The notes: generated from the letters alone by a model not told the origin. Counted from the first letter of the stretch, positions 9,406 through 18,695 are shown. The stretch is 64,000 bases of DNA from an uncultured bacterium (GCA_913054235.1 CAJXJI010000001.1:6868-70867); one strand, 5' to 3'. Program-made: numbers and translations.

Positions 9406-10731
9406 TTAGCGAAAGAGCCATAAAACTTTTGAAATCTTTGTTTCTACAAATAGTCGTAACATGCTCTTGGTAATAAAAATGGCAGAAAACAAGCTCACTA
9501 AAATTCCCAAAGACAAGGTTAGGGCAAATCCCTTTACAAAAGAGCTCCCAAACCAAAAGAGGATTAATGCCACAGCCAAGGTGGTGATGTTGCCATCTCG
9601 AATAGCAGGCCATGCTCGAGAAAATCCTTCCTCCAAGGCCGAGCCAAAACTCTTTCCTTCACGAAGCTCCTCTCGTATGCGAGCAAAGATAAGAATGTTT
9701 GCATCCACCGCAATACCCAAAGAAAGAATACCTCCTGCTATTCCAGCTAAGGTTAACGTAATAGGAATAAGTTTGAATAAAGAGAGAAGAAACAGAGCAT
9801 ACAAAATCAAAGCAATACCAGCAATAATACCTGGAATGCGATACACCAAAACCATAAACAAAAGAACTAAGGCTAAGCCTGCTAAGGCTGCAACTAGACT
9901 TTTTTGCAAGGATTCCTGACCCAGGGTTGCTCCTATGCTCTGCTGACTCAATAGAGTTATAGGGACTGGCAGTGCTCCAGCATTTAACTCCCGGGAAATA
10001 CGCTGCGCTTCCTTAACGCTAAAGCCTCCGGTAATTTGAGCTCTTCCCCCAGAAATAACGCTTTGTACTGTGGGAGCCTGTAATAAAGTTCCATCCAAAA
10101 AGATAGCTAGAGGCAACCCAATATTCTCTTTGGTAAGTTCTTCAAACAATAAAGAGCCTTCTTTATCAAACTGCAGGATGATAAGAGGTTCTTGGGTTAC
10201 ATTATCAAGCCCAATCTCTGCTCGCGCAAGATATCTTCCAGTTAATAGGGTTGGTTCAAACGGACTTTCAAATTCTCCTTCTCCTCTTTCCTCTACTACC
10301 TGATTATTTGTAAAAATATCAAGATAATTGTCCTTGTATTCTCTAAACTCCAAATACGGTGTCTGTCCTATTAATGCAATAGCTTGACTTGGGTTTTGAA
10401 TGCCAGCCAGCTCCACAATAAGGCGCCTTGACTCTTCTTCCCCTTGTAATTGAATAATAGGCTCTGCTACTCCAAAAAAGTTCACTCTACGCTCAATTAC
10501 GTCCCGCAGTCCTTGCATGGCACTATCCCGATCGTATTTAGGAATAGTTTCCAAGTCAGCTTCATATACCAAATGGAGCCCTCCTTGCAAATCAAGTCCC
10601 AACTTAAAAGGCGTGTTCCCTATACCAGGAATCTTAACATACTGAGGAAATACAAAAGAAGCAGCTAGTGCTCCCCCCAAAAATACAAAGAAAAGTATCA
10701 ATAATGCCTTCTTCTTTGGTGTCATAACCAT
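9406..10731 (-). CDS. secD: Protein translocase subunit SecD
   Basis: LGLDLQGGLHLVYEAD periplasmic motif; C-terminal 6-TM SecD/SecF fold LGIAVDANILIFARIREE. Confidence 0.88.
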   Translation of the reverse strand: MVMTPKKKALLILFFVFLGGALAASFVFPQYVKIPGIGNTPFKLGLDLQGGLHLVYEADLETIPKYDRDSAMQGLRDVIERRVNFFGVAEPIIQLQGEEESRRLIVELAGIQNPSQAIALIGQTPYLEFREYKDNYLDIFTNNQVVEERGEGEFESPFEPTLLTGRYLARAEIGLDNVTQEPLIILQFDKEGSLLFEELTKENIGLPLAIFLDGTLLQAPTVQSVISGGRAQITGGFSVKEAQRISRELNAGALPVPITLLSQQSIGATLGQESLQKSLVAALAGLALVLLFMVLVYRIPGIIAGIALILYALFLLSLFKLIPITLTLAGIAGGILSLGIAVDANILIFARIREELREGKSFGSALEEGFSRAWPAIRDGNITTLAVALILFWFGSSFVKGFALTLSLGILVSLFSAIFITKSMLRLFVETKISKVLWLFR

Positions 10732-10786
10732 CTCATACTAGCACCCAAGGTCCTCTGGGTAAACCCCTTTCTTCTTTTCTCTCAAC

Positions 10787-11434
10787 CTATCCTAAGCCAG
10801 CTAACAGTGCAGCTACTATTCCCACAAGGAATATACCGTCAAACACTCCGGCTCCTCCAATAGACATTAATCCTACCGTACCTTTCATTACTTGGGGCAA
10901 GCGCAAAAGATCAGCTCCAATTAAAACTCCCAAAGTTCCTGCAATAAAGGCAACCAAAGCCGCATCTTGTGGCGCTAAAAGAAAAGCAAAGAGCGCAGCA
11001 AACAAAGGCGGAATAAGAACAGGCACAACGATTCCTTTGCCAGGAACCACGCGTGAAAGCTTCCAGGTAATCAATGTCATAAGGAAAACCGCAATAAAAG
11101 TTTCCTCTAAAGGCACGCGAAACAACAAGAATCCCACGATAAGTAAAGGAATAAGCGCACCTCCAACATTAAGCGAAAGACCTTGCGCTAAAAGTCGCTG
11201 TCTCTTAAATAATCCAAAAAAATGCGATTGTGTAACTTCAATTAATTTTCTCCTTCCCAGAGGAATATTCACAAAAGAACCCACAAACATTGAAAATAAT
11301 GTTAGGAGCACCAGTTCTGGCGGAAATCCAAGATTTTCAAATCCAGCTTGTATTATCTGGAAGAACCCAAAAACAAGCAGCACTGGAATCGCAAGAATGA
11401 TAAGGATAATAAAAAGAATTGGAGCAAATATCAT
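10787..11434 (-). CDS. Hypothetical polytopic membrane protein
   Basis: 215 aa, almost entirely hydrophobic helices; no motif recognised. Confidence 0.5.
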   Translation of the reverse strand: MIFAPILFIILIILAIPVLLVFGFFQIIQAGFENLGFPPELVLLTLFSMFVGSFVNIPLGRRKLIEVTQSHFFGLFKRQRLLAQGLSLNVGGALIPLLIVGFLLFRVPLEETFIAVFLMTLITWKLSRVVPGKGIVVPVLIPPLFAALFAFLLAPQDAALVAFIAGTLGVLIGADLLRLPQVMKGTVGLMSIGGAGVFDGIFLVGIVAALLAGLG

Positions 11435-11453
11435 TTTTTCATTTTATCTCTCT

Positions 11454-11772
11454 TTATAAAATTAAGGAATCAACTTCTTTGAGTGTATGGTCAAGGAGAG
11501 TATCTTGGTCTTGAAAGAAAAATCGCCCATGCAAGGTTTTTCCTTCAAGAAACAATGGAAGCCAATACCTATCATCTGGCCACATGTGATCAAAAGGAAG
11601 TTCTTTTTGAGAAAACCACTGTGGTTTCATTTCTTCTGTTTCTTGTATCTTACCTTCAAAAGAAGAGATATAGAATACATGGACTTCAAGATATTCAAAA
11701 TTATCTTTAAAATGAAACTCGAAAAGTGCTTTCTTTTCAAAATAAACTAACTCTTATGAGATGATGAACCAA
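11454..11772 (-). pseudogene. 5'-truncated Nudix/MutT-like hydrolase remnant
   Basis: Open frame LVHHLIRELVYFEKKALFEFHFKDNFEYLEVHVFYISSFEGKIQETEEMKPQWFSQKELPFDHMWPDDRYWLPLFLEGKTLHGRFFFQDQDTLLDHTLKEVDSLIL. It aligns with the MutT region C-terminal to the Nudix box (xRELxEE then FSLFEKLEYEF...W...). The GX5EX7REUXEEXGU box would fall inside the secA 3' end, which is impossible, and the only in-frame Met leaves 58 aa. Coordinates approximate. Confidence 0.35.
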
Positions 11773-14200
11773 TTAACCCGCATCGTTTCCATTTGAGGCC
11801 ACTACCACAAGGACAAGGATCATTTCTTCCAACTTCTTTGTGTTGTGAGTTCTGTTGAACTTGCCTTGGCACGTGTTTGTGTTTATGCTCATGAACCTCA
11901 GAAACATTCAGCAAAGCATTTGCAATCGTACCTTCTAGATTATCCATAAAAGACTGAAACATTTTTCTCCCCTCATTCTTATATTCAATTAAAGGGTCTT
12001 GCTGGCCATATGCTCTCAAGCGTACAGAATCTCTTAAAGATTCCATATTTTCCAAATGCTCAACCCACAAAGAATCCAACACACGCAAAACAACAATCTT
12101 TTCTGCTTGGCGCATATTCTCCTCTCCCAATTCCTTTTCTTTTTCCACATATTGTTCCCTGCTTTTCCCCATCTTCTCCACAACTTTCTCAACATACTCT
12201 TTTAAAGTTCCTTTTTGCCCCATCTCTAAAAATTCCTCTCTTTTTCGATATACAGCCTCTCGATGCTTATTTAATACATCGTCATACTCAAGTAAGTGTT
12301 TTCTTGCATCAAAGTTAAACCCCTCAATCTTGCTTTGAGCTGATTCTATGGTTCCCGATATCATCTTGGATTCAATAGCTTCCTCTTTTGGCAAACGAAG
12401 CTTCTCCATCATTTTTTGAATACGCTCTCCTCCAAAAATACGAATAAGATCATCTTCCAAGGAAACAAAAAATTGGGTAGATCCTGGGTCTCCTTGGCGA
12501 CCCGAGCGTCCTCTCAACTGATTATCAATTCTTCGCGCTTCATGACGCTCACTGCCAATAACATGGAGCCCTCCCACGTTTTTAACTTCTTTTGCTTCCT
12601 TTGCGTCCAATGGATTCCCTCCCAAAACAATATCTACTCCGCGGCCCGCCATGTTTGTTGCAATGGTCACAGCTCCTTTTCTTCCGGCTTGTGCAATAAT
12701 AGCAGCTTCTCTCTCATGATTTTTTGCATTGAGCATTTCATGCGTAACTCCTTGTCGCTCCAAAAGTTTACCTAAGTATTCATTCTTTTGAATGGAGCCT
12801 GTACCAACAAGCACGGGCTGTCCTTTTTCTTGTCGCTCTTTTATCTCCTCTATAATTGCATTGAACTTTGCTTCTTGTGATTGATATACTTTATCCGGCA
12901 TATCTTCTCGCATCATTGGCTTGTTGGTAGGAACAGGGATCACTTCAATACCATATACTCGAGAAAACTCTTCTGCTGAGGTCAGCGCAGTTCCTGTCAT
13001 TCCAGCTAGCTTTTTATACATGCGAAAATAGTTCTGAAAAGTAATGGAGGCTAGCGTGACAGATTCTGGCTGCACCTGAACATTTTCCTTTGCTTCCAAG
13101 GCTTGATGTAATCCACCAGAATACCTTCTTCCAGGAAGTAGTCTTCCGGTGAATTCATCTACAATAACAACATTTCCATCCCGAACCACATAATCTTTAT
13201 CCCGCTCAAATATAATTTCTGCTTTTAAAGCTTGCTCCAGGTGGTGCAGAAACTTAATTCCTCGCTCCTGATAAATATCCTTAACTCCCATTAACCGCTC
13301 TATTTTGTTAATGCCGTCTTCCGTTAGGGTTACTGCTTTTAATTTTTCGTCTAACTCATAATCCTCTTCTTTTTTAAGCTGTGGAATGAGCCCTGCAAAC
13401 TCTTTGTACCAAGAAGAGCTTTCCTGGTCTGGCGCAGAAATAATCAATGGAGTTCTTGCTTCGTCAACTAAAACTGAGTCTACTTCATCAATAATGGCAT
13501 AGTTATGGCCTCGCTGAACTCTTCCCTCCAGTACTTGAGCCATATTATCTCGTAAATAATCAAAGCCAAACTCATTATTGGTGCCATAGGTAATATCCGC
13601 AAGATACGCCTCCTTGCGCGTAACAGGGCGAAGATAGGCTTCCTCTACCTGAAAGGAGCCCAGGGTATCTCGCTCCTCGTCCTTGTCCTCCTCTTTTGCA
13701 AAAGAAGGGTCATATATATAGGAAGCGTCGTGGATAATACAAGAAACAGACAAGCCTAAAGCATAATAAATCTGACCCATCCACACAGCATCTCTCTTTG
13801 CCAAATAGTCGTTTACCGTAATAACATGCACGCCTTTTCCTTCAAGAGCATTAAGATACACAGGAAGCGTTGCACAAAGCGTCTTTCCTTCTCCAGTCTT
13901 CATCTCAGCAATCTTCCCTTCATGTAAAACCATGCCCCCTAAAAGCTGTACATCAAAATGACGCTGTTCAAGGGTGCGCCTGGCTACCTCTCTTACATAC
14001 GCAAAAGCCTCAGGAAGAATATCCTCCAAGCTATCTCCCTTTGCGAGACGTTCTTTAAACTCCTTGGTCTCTTTTGTAAAATCCTCATCTGTAAGCTCTT
14101 TTGCCTCTTTTTCAAGCTCATTGATTTCTTTTGTCTGAGGACCAAGTTTCGCTATATATTTTTCACTATCTCCTTTAAAAAATTTATCAAGAATCTTCAT
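11747..14200 (-). CDS. secA: Preprotein translocase ATPase SecA
   Basis: 817 aa; DEAD-like motor motifs including EMKTGEGKT and DEVDSVLVDEARTPLIIS; C-terminal zinc finger CPCGSGLKWKRC. Confidence 0.95.
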   Translation of the reverse strand: MKILDKFFKGDSEKYIAKLGPQTKEINELEKEAKELTDEDFTKETKEFKERLAKGDSLEDILPEAFAYVREVARRTLEQRHFDVQLLGGMVLHEGKIAEMKTGEGKTLCATLPVYLNALEGKGVHVITVNDYLAKRDAVWMGQIYYALGLSVSCIIHDASYIYDPSFAKEEDKDEERDTLGSFQVEEAYLRPVTRKEAYLADITYGTNNEFGFDYLRDNMAQVLEGRVQRGHNYAIIDEVDSVLVDEARTPLIISAPDQESSSWYKEFAGLIPQLKKEEDYELDEKLKAVTLTEDGINKIERLMGVKDIYQERGIKFLHHLEQALKAEIIFERDKDYVVRDGNVVIVDEFTGRLLPGRRYSGGLHQALEAKENVQVQPESVTLASITFQNYFRMYKKLAGMTGTALTSAEEFSRVYGIEVIPVPTNKPMMREDMPDKVYQSQEAKFNAIIEEIKERQEKGQPVLVGTGSIQKNEYLGKLLERQGVTHEMLNAKNHEREAAIIAQAGRKGAVTIATNMAGRGVDIVLGGNPLDAKEAKEVKNVGGLHVIGSERHEARRIDNQLRGRSGRQGDPGSTQFFVSLEDDLIRIFGGERIQKMMEKLRLPKEEAIESKMISGTIESAQSKIEGFNFDARKHLLEYDDVLNKHREAVYRKREEFLEMGQKGTLKEYVEKVVEKMGKSREQYVEKEKELGEENMRQAEKIVVLRVLDSLWVEHLENMESLRDSVRLRAYGQQDPLIEYKNEGRKMFQSFMDNLEGTIANALLNVSEVHEHKHKHVPRQVQQNSQHKEVGRNDPCPCGSGLKWKRCGLIGSSSHKS

Positions 14201-14251
14201 ACTAGCTATTATTGCTTAAAATAGAGCGTTTGTAAAAAAAGGAGTCGTTAG

Positions 14252-15121
14252 CTATTTTGCCAAGAAATCTTTTATATACCTTGGTAAAACAGCTGAAGCG
14301 GCAGCAATGTCTGGGAACCAATATTTCAAATTCATTTTTTTTGCCTTCTTAAATTTACTTTTTAAAGCACTATAAGATACATTTAAAAAATCAGAATCTG
14401 AAGCCATAGTAAAGGTAAACAATCCCTCTTGATACGATGGAACTACTGCAGCGCGAACACTCACAAAGCGAAAGATACTTTCCAATCGCTTTTTAATAAG
14501 TGCTACAAGCTTTGGTTGGCAACTTAAGGAACCTGACTGCACGGAAATAATCCCCCCCTTCTTAAGAATCTTTTTTACATCGTAATAAAACTTCTTTGAG
14601 ATAAGGTCTTGTGCTGGTCCTCCAGGATCTGAAAGATCCATGATAATAATATCAAACAATCCCTTATATTCTTGAACAAATTTCTTCCCATCTTCAATAA
14701 CAAGATGGGTTCTTTTATCATAAAACGCATTCTTTGATATAGAAGGAAGGTATTTTCTTGCAATATCAATCGCTTTTTTATCTATCTCAACCATCCAAAC
14801 TTCCCTTACTGATGTATGCTTTAATACTTCCTCTAGTGCGCCTCCATCAGCTCCACCAATAATCAAAACACTCTTGGGAGAAGAATGCAGGAATAAAGGT
14901 GCCTGGCAAAGCATTTCATGGTAAATAAACTCATCCTTTGGTGTTGTTTGTAAAATGCCATCTAAAAATAATGCTCTTCCATAAAACTCCAAGTCAAGCA
15001 CATCAATTTCCTGATATGCAGATTTCCCGGAATACAGTTTCTTTTTTACCTCATACCCAATCACCACCTTTGTTTCATCAAAAGGAACTTCGTCTACAAA
15101 TACAATATTGCGTTTCTTCAT
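14252..15121 (-). CDS. Aminopropyltransferase (spermidine synthase family), paralog 2
   Basis: SAYQEIDVL...LFLDGILQTTPKDEFIYHEML...VLIIGGADGGALEEVLKH...VEID...DLSDP: full SpeE signature. Confidence 0.85.
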   Translation of the reverse strand: MKKRNIVFVDEVPFDETKVVIGYEVKKKLYSGKSAYQEIDVLDLEFYGRALFLDGILQTTPKDEFIYHEMLCQAPLFLHSSPKSVLIIGGADGGALEEVLKHTSVREVWMVEIDKKAIDIARKYLPSISKNAFYDKRTHLVIEDGKKFVQEYKGLFDIIIMDLSDPGGPAQDLISKKFYYDVKKILKKGGIISVQSGSLSCQPKLVALIKKRLESIFRFVSVRAAVVPSYQEGLFTFTMASDSDFLNVSYSALKSKFKKAKKMNLKYWFPDIAAASAVLPRYIKDFLAK

Positions 15122-15122
15122 A

Positions 15123-15971
15123 CTATTTTTTAACCAAGCTTAGTATCTCAAACAAAGCTCTTGTAGTTAAAAACTCTGTTATCTGGTTTCCCTTTATGGG
15201 TTTTAAGCAACAAACATCAAAACCTACAATATTGCCTGCTATAGCATGCATTAAATTCTTAAATTGAGAAAAGTATATTCCGTCTGGCTCTGGCTGATGT
15301 ACTGCTGGCGCAATACTTGGATCAAAAACATCTACATCAAGAGTAATGTACACATCTTCGTTTTGCGTAAATTCTTCAATAACCTTACTTACTGCTTCCT
15401 TATTTTCCTGGATATCCTGTGCGCTAACATATGTAATGCCACTCTCTTCAATAAACTTCAATTCTTTTGCATCACATGATCTCACTCCTACTAAAAGAAT
15501 GTTCTTTGGATCTATGATTTCGCTTAATCTTCTAAGCCATGTTGCTCCATTTACCCTTGCATCAAACTCGCCATTCCATGAAGTACTTAGGTCCACAATA
15601 TTATCGTCTTCATACTCATCTTTTAAATCACAGTGGGCATCAAAACTTATCACTTTAATATCCTTTTTAAAAGCTGGGATAGTAAAGAGCGATGGATGGT
15701 CCCCCGCAATCGCAACCGGTATTTTATTATTCTCTACAATGAGGCGAGTATACTTTGTGATATCTTCATTGTTTTTAGGCTTTAAATCCCCGGCATCTAC
15801 AACTCGCACGCCTTCAAGTAATTCCTTTTTACTTTCAATATCAAAATCCTCCATGTACACAGGAGTTTGACGCAGTGCCTTTGCGCCATCAGAAAATCGC
15901 TTTCCGATAGGCACGCCAAAGAAAACAACATTTGCTTCTTTAAAACTATACGGTGAATTCAAAAACTTCAT
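15123..15971 (-). CDS. speB: Agmatinase-family ureohydrolase (SpeB-like; possibly N1-aminopropylagmatine ureohydrolase)
   Basis: Arginase-family Mn ligand motifs AGDHPS, DAHCDL and ITLDVDVFDPSIAP. Confidence 0.8.
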   Translation of the reverse strand: MKFLNSPYSFKEANVVFFGVPIGKRFSDGAKALRQTPVYMEDFDIESKKELLEGVRVVDAGDLKPKNNEDITKYTRLIVENNKIPVAIAGDHPSLFTIPAFKKDIKVISFDAHCDLKDEYEDDNIVDLSTSWNGEFDARVNGATWLRRLSEIIDPKNILLVGVRSCDAKELKFIEESGITYVSAQDIQENKEAVSKVIEEFTQNEDVYITLDVDVFDPSIAPAVHQPEPDGIYFSQFKNLMHAIAGNIVGFDVCCLKPIKGNQITEFLTTRALFEILSLVKK

Positions 15972-15989
15972 AGAAAATTAAAAGGAACT

Positions 15990-16853
15990 TTACTTAAAGG
16001 AAGGAGGGAAAACACTTGAGGCAAGATGCATTGCTGGAGAATAGTATAAGGTAGAAATCTTTCTTTGCTTATATCTTTTTTCAAGAACAGTTTTTGTTAT
16101 ATTTTTAAGATTCACTTTTAAAGATGCAACAGGAAAAGAATGCTCATCTCGAGGAAAGCTCCCAACAAAAGCGCGGTGTAATTCATAGAAAGGAAATACT
16201 TTTTTCATAACAATTCGTGCTTTCATTCCAAAGGTATCAGAAATATATCCGGTCTGCGCAGAAAAAATGCCGTCTTTGGTAAGAGCATTTTTGACAGCAC
16301 GCAAAAACTTCTCTTCAAAAAGTTTTGCTGCCATGATTCCATCTGGATCGTTGGAATCAAGAATTATACAATCAAAATAGTTTTTATACTTCAAAATAAA
16401 CTCGATTCCATCAGTTACCACAATCTTACTTCTCTTATCTTGAAAAGCTGAACGACATAATGTGGGAAGATATTTTTTTGCAACCTGAATCACTTTCTCA
16501 TCAATCTCAACTAAAAACGCTTCTTTTACAGGGTGCTTTAGTACTTCACGTAACGCTCCTCCATCTCCACCACCAATAATGAGGACTCGCTTAGGAGAAG
16601 GATGGTTCATTAATGCAGGGTGCACCAGCATTTCATGGTACACAGCTTCGTCTTTTGTGGAAAGCTGCACTAATCCATCAAGAAAAAACATTCTGCCATA
16701 CCCCTGCGTGTCAAAAATATCTATACTTTGATACTTACTCTTTCCCGTATATATCTTTTTTTTTATTGCAAAACCTGCAAGAAATACTTCTTTTTCTCCA
16801 GGAAGACATCCTTCAATCGCCCAGGTCTTTTTTAGAATTGAAATCTTTCTCAT
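15990..16853 (-). CDS. speE: Aminopropyltransferase (spermidine synthase), paralog 1
   Basis: SKYQSIDIF...FFLDGLVQLSTKDEAVYHEML...VLIIGGGDGGALREVLKH...VEIDEKV...DSNDP. Confidence 0.88.
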   Translation of the reverse strand: MRKISILKKTWAIEGCLPGEKEVFLAGFAIKKKIYTGKSKYQSIDIFDTQGYGRMFFLDGLVQLSTKDEAVYHEMLVHPALMNHPSPKRVLIIGGGDGGALREVLKHPVKEAFLVEIDEKVIQVAKKYLPTLCRSAFQDKRSKIVVTDGIEFILKYKNYFDCIILDSNDPDGIMAAKLFEEKFLRAVKNALTKDGIFSAQTGYISDTFGMKARIVMKKVFPFYELHRAFVGSFPRDEHSFPVASLKVNLKNITKTVLEKRYKQRKISTLYYSPAMHLASSVFPPSFK

Positions 16854-17266
16854 GTTGTATTGTCTTCTACCACACCTCTTTTTATTTCCTTTACATCCAT
16901 TTTCTTTGGCTCCAAGTAATCCTCAAAAAACTTCAATGCTTTTTGGGGTCGAGCTTTTTTTCCACACGTAAAGATATCTATTGCAATGTATCCTATTTCA
17001 GGCCATGTATGCACAGCAATATGGGACTCTGCAAGCAAAATAACCCCAGTAATACCACGAGGTTTAAACTTATAAATAGAAAGTTGTAATGGATTGCTAT
17101 TTGCAGCCTTTGCGGCGCCTCGCAAAAGTGTCTCTAGTTCTTTTTTGTTTTTAATAACTTTACCATTCCAAAAGTCGGCTACCATGTGGGTGCCTGCATA
17201 CGCAAACTTGGGAACTATTGTATTGATAGAATTGGTCCATTGCGGAACCCTCTTTGTGTGCTGCAT
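16850..17266 (-). CDS. speH: S-adenosylmethionine decarboxylase proenzyme (pyruvoyl-dependent, SpeH/SpeD type)
   Basis: LLAESHIAVHTWPE self-cleavage/active-site motif (E-S processing site); 138 aa. Confidence 0.85.
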   Translation of the reverse strand: MQHTKRVPQWTNSINTIVPKFAYAGTHMVADFWNGKVIKNKKELETLLRGAAKAANSNPLQLSIYKFKPRGITGVILLAESHIAVHTWPEIGYIAIDIFTCGKKARPQKALKFFEDYLEPKKMDVKEIKRGVVEDNTT

Positions 17267-17460
17267 AGAGCATATGTATTCAATCGCTTACCCGGCACAA
17301 TTACCAGGCCCCAACACAAGACATGTCCTGCGTGAGTGCCCTCTGACGAGGGCAATCTTTCCTGTCTTAAACAGAAAAGAAAAAAGAGGAAAAAAGCGAT
17401 TAAAGATTAATTATTACTTCAAAAGTATCTTAGCACATATTGTCAACATGCGCAAGGGTT

Positions 17461-17488
17461 AAAAAGCCCGCCCCAGAGTTGGGGCGGG
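17461..17488 (-). terminator. Rho-independent terminator after the lysine-rich small ORF
   Basis: Minus strand: CCCGCCCC-aactct-GGGGCGGG followed by TTTTT (plus aaaaagcccgccccagagttggggcggg). Confidence 0.6.
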
Positions 17489-17501
17489 AAGAAATTGGAG
17501 A

Positions 17502-17615
17502 CTACCTCTTTTTCTTTCTTTTTGCTGCTTTCTTCTTCTTTGGAGCAGCTTTCTTTTTCTTTGGGGCTGCTTTCTTTTTAGGAGCAGCTTTCTTTCTTTT
17601 TTTCTTTGCTGGCAT
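17502..17615 (-). CDS. 37-aa lysine-rich basic protein with KKAAPKKK repeats (histone H1/Hc-like tail)
   Basis: Minus-strand ORF MPAKKKRKKAAPKKKAAPKKKKAAPKKKKAAKRKKKR, stop TAG, then the strong terminator. The predicted plus-strand ORF here (17440..17880) is an implausible poly-Phe/Ala antisense product. Confidence 0.4.
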   Translation of the reverse strand: MPAKKKRKKAAPKKKAAPKKKKAAPKKKKAAKRKKKR

Positions 17616-17756
17616 AGTATGTATCAAATATTTTAAAGTCTACTTAGGATGGCTCGACTTTTTAATTGTACCATCACAACGCTATTACTTTATTTTTCCA
17701 TTCCAAACGCATACTGTCAACCCTTTTTTACATATTTTTCCACACGAACAAAAAAA

Positions 17757-18695
17757 TCATTCAACAAATTGTATTTCTTGTTCCAAATTAATAGAAAATT
17801 TCTTTTTAATAATATTTTTTACCTTTTTTGCAATATGTAATACATCTTTTGCTGTTGCTCCTCCCTTGTTTACTATATAGTTTGGATGTTTCTTTGATAC
17901 TTGTGCTTTCCCCACACGTAATCCTTTTAATTTTGCTTGTGAAATTAAATATGCGGTTGGTACAACAGGAAAAGGATCTACTTTTATTACATCTTGAAGT
18001 TCCTCCTGGAGTTTTTTTGAAAACTTTTTGACATCACAATTCTTAAACACACTTCCGGCGTTAGGATACTCTAGAGGATGGCGCTCCTTTCTATATTCTC
18101 TATGATCTTTTGCTGTGGCTTGAATAATTCTCTTGTTTCCCTTTTCTAATTTAAAAATACAAGAAAGTACAATTAAATTATTTTTCTTAATTAAAGAATC
18201 TCGATAAGAAAACTTACATTGCTTTTGAATAAGCGTTACTATATTCCCTTTTGCATTTAACACTCTAATTGAAACAATACTGTCTTTAATTTCTCCACCA
18301 AAGGCTCCTGCATTTCCTCGCACAGCTCCTCCAACAGAACCTGGTAAACCACCTGCCCACTGAAGCCCGCTTAATCCTTTTGAACCTGTTTTTTTAACCA
18401 ACGTTTCCATAGATACTCCAGCATCAGCATGCACGTTAGTCTTTGATATTGTATATGCAGTATTTTGCACTTTAATAACTAATCCATTAAATCCTTTGTC
18501 TGAAACAAGTACATTGCTTCCTCCTGCCAAAACAAAAAACGGTAGCTTTAAACTCTTAGCTTGAGCTACCGCGTCAACAATATCTTTTGTGGATCGGGCG
18601 ATATAAAAGTACTTTGCTGTCCCGCCGATCTTAAAGGTGGTATATGGAGCAAGAGAAACATTTCTTCTTGTTCCTAAAGGAAGTGCTATATCCAT
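17757..18695 (-). CDS. murB: UDP-N-acetylenolpyruvoylglucosamine reductase MurB
   Basis: NVSLAPYTTFKIGGTAKYFY...LAGGSNVLVSD (FAD-binding PCMH domain); C-terminal MurB domain. Start set at an internal Met (MDIALP...); the track start is 18725. Confidence 0.85.
   Translation of the reverse strand: MDIALPLGTRRNVSLAPYTTFKIGGTAKYFYIARSTKDIVDAVAQAKSLKLPFFVLAGGSNVLVSDKGFNGLVIKVQNTAYTISKTNVHADAGVSMETLVKKTGSKGLSGLQWAGGLPGSVGGAVRGNAGAFGGEIKDSIVSIRVLNAKGNIVTLIQKQCKFSYRDSLIKKNNLIVLSCIFKLEKGNKRIIQATAKDHREYRKERHPLEYPNAGSVFKNCDVKKFSKKLQEELQDVIKVDPFPVVPTAYLISQAKLKGLRVGKAQVSKKHPNYIVNKGGATAKDVLHIAKKVKNIIKKKFSINLEQEIQFVE

Noticed and set aside
11483-11750. Two plus-strand ORFs (75 and 87 aa) between secA and the membrane protein gene
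   Set aside because: They are antisense to the Nudix-like frame, which shows clear MutT C-terminal similarity. No motifs, AT-rich.
17336-17355. CUGACGAG string reminiscent of the hammerhead ribozyme core
   Set aside because: No flanking helix II / GAAA / helix III arrangement or cleavage-site context. It is better explained as part of a simple GCCCUC/GAGGGC hairpin in the speH leader.
17500-17620. Possible CRISPR or tandem repeat array suggested by the periodic AAAGCAGC/TTTCTT pattern
   Set aside because: It has a 12-15-nt imperfect periodicity inside a coding KKAAP repeat, with no repeat-spacer architecture and no cas genes in the window.
17440-17880. Predicted plus-strand 146-aa ORF with FFFFGAAFF repeats
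   Set aside because: Implausible poly-Phe/Ala product. It is the antisense of the KKAAPKKK coding repeat and of the murB 3' end.
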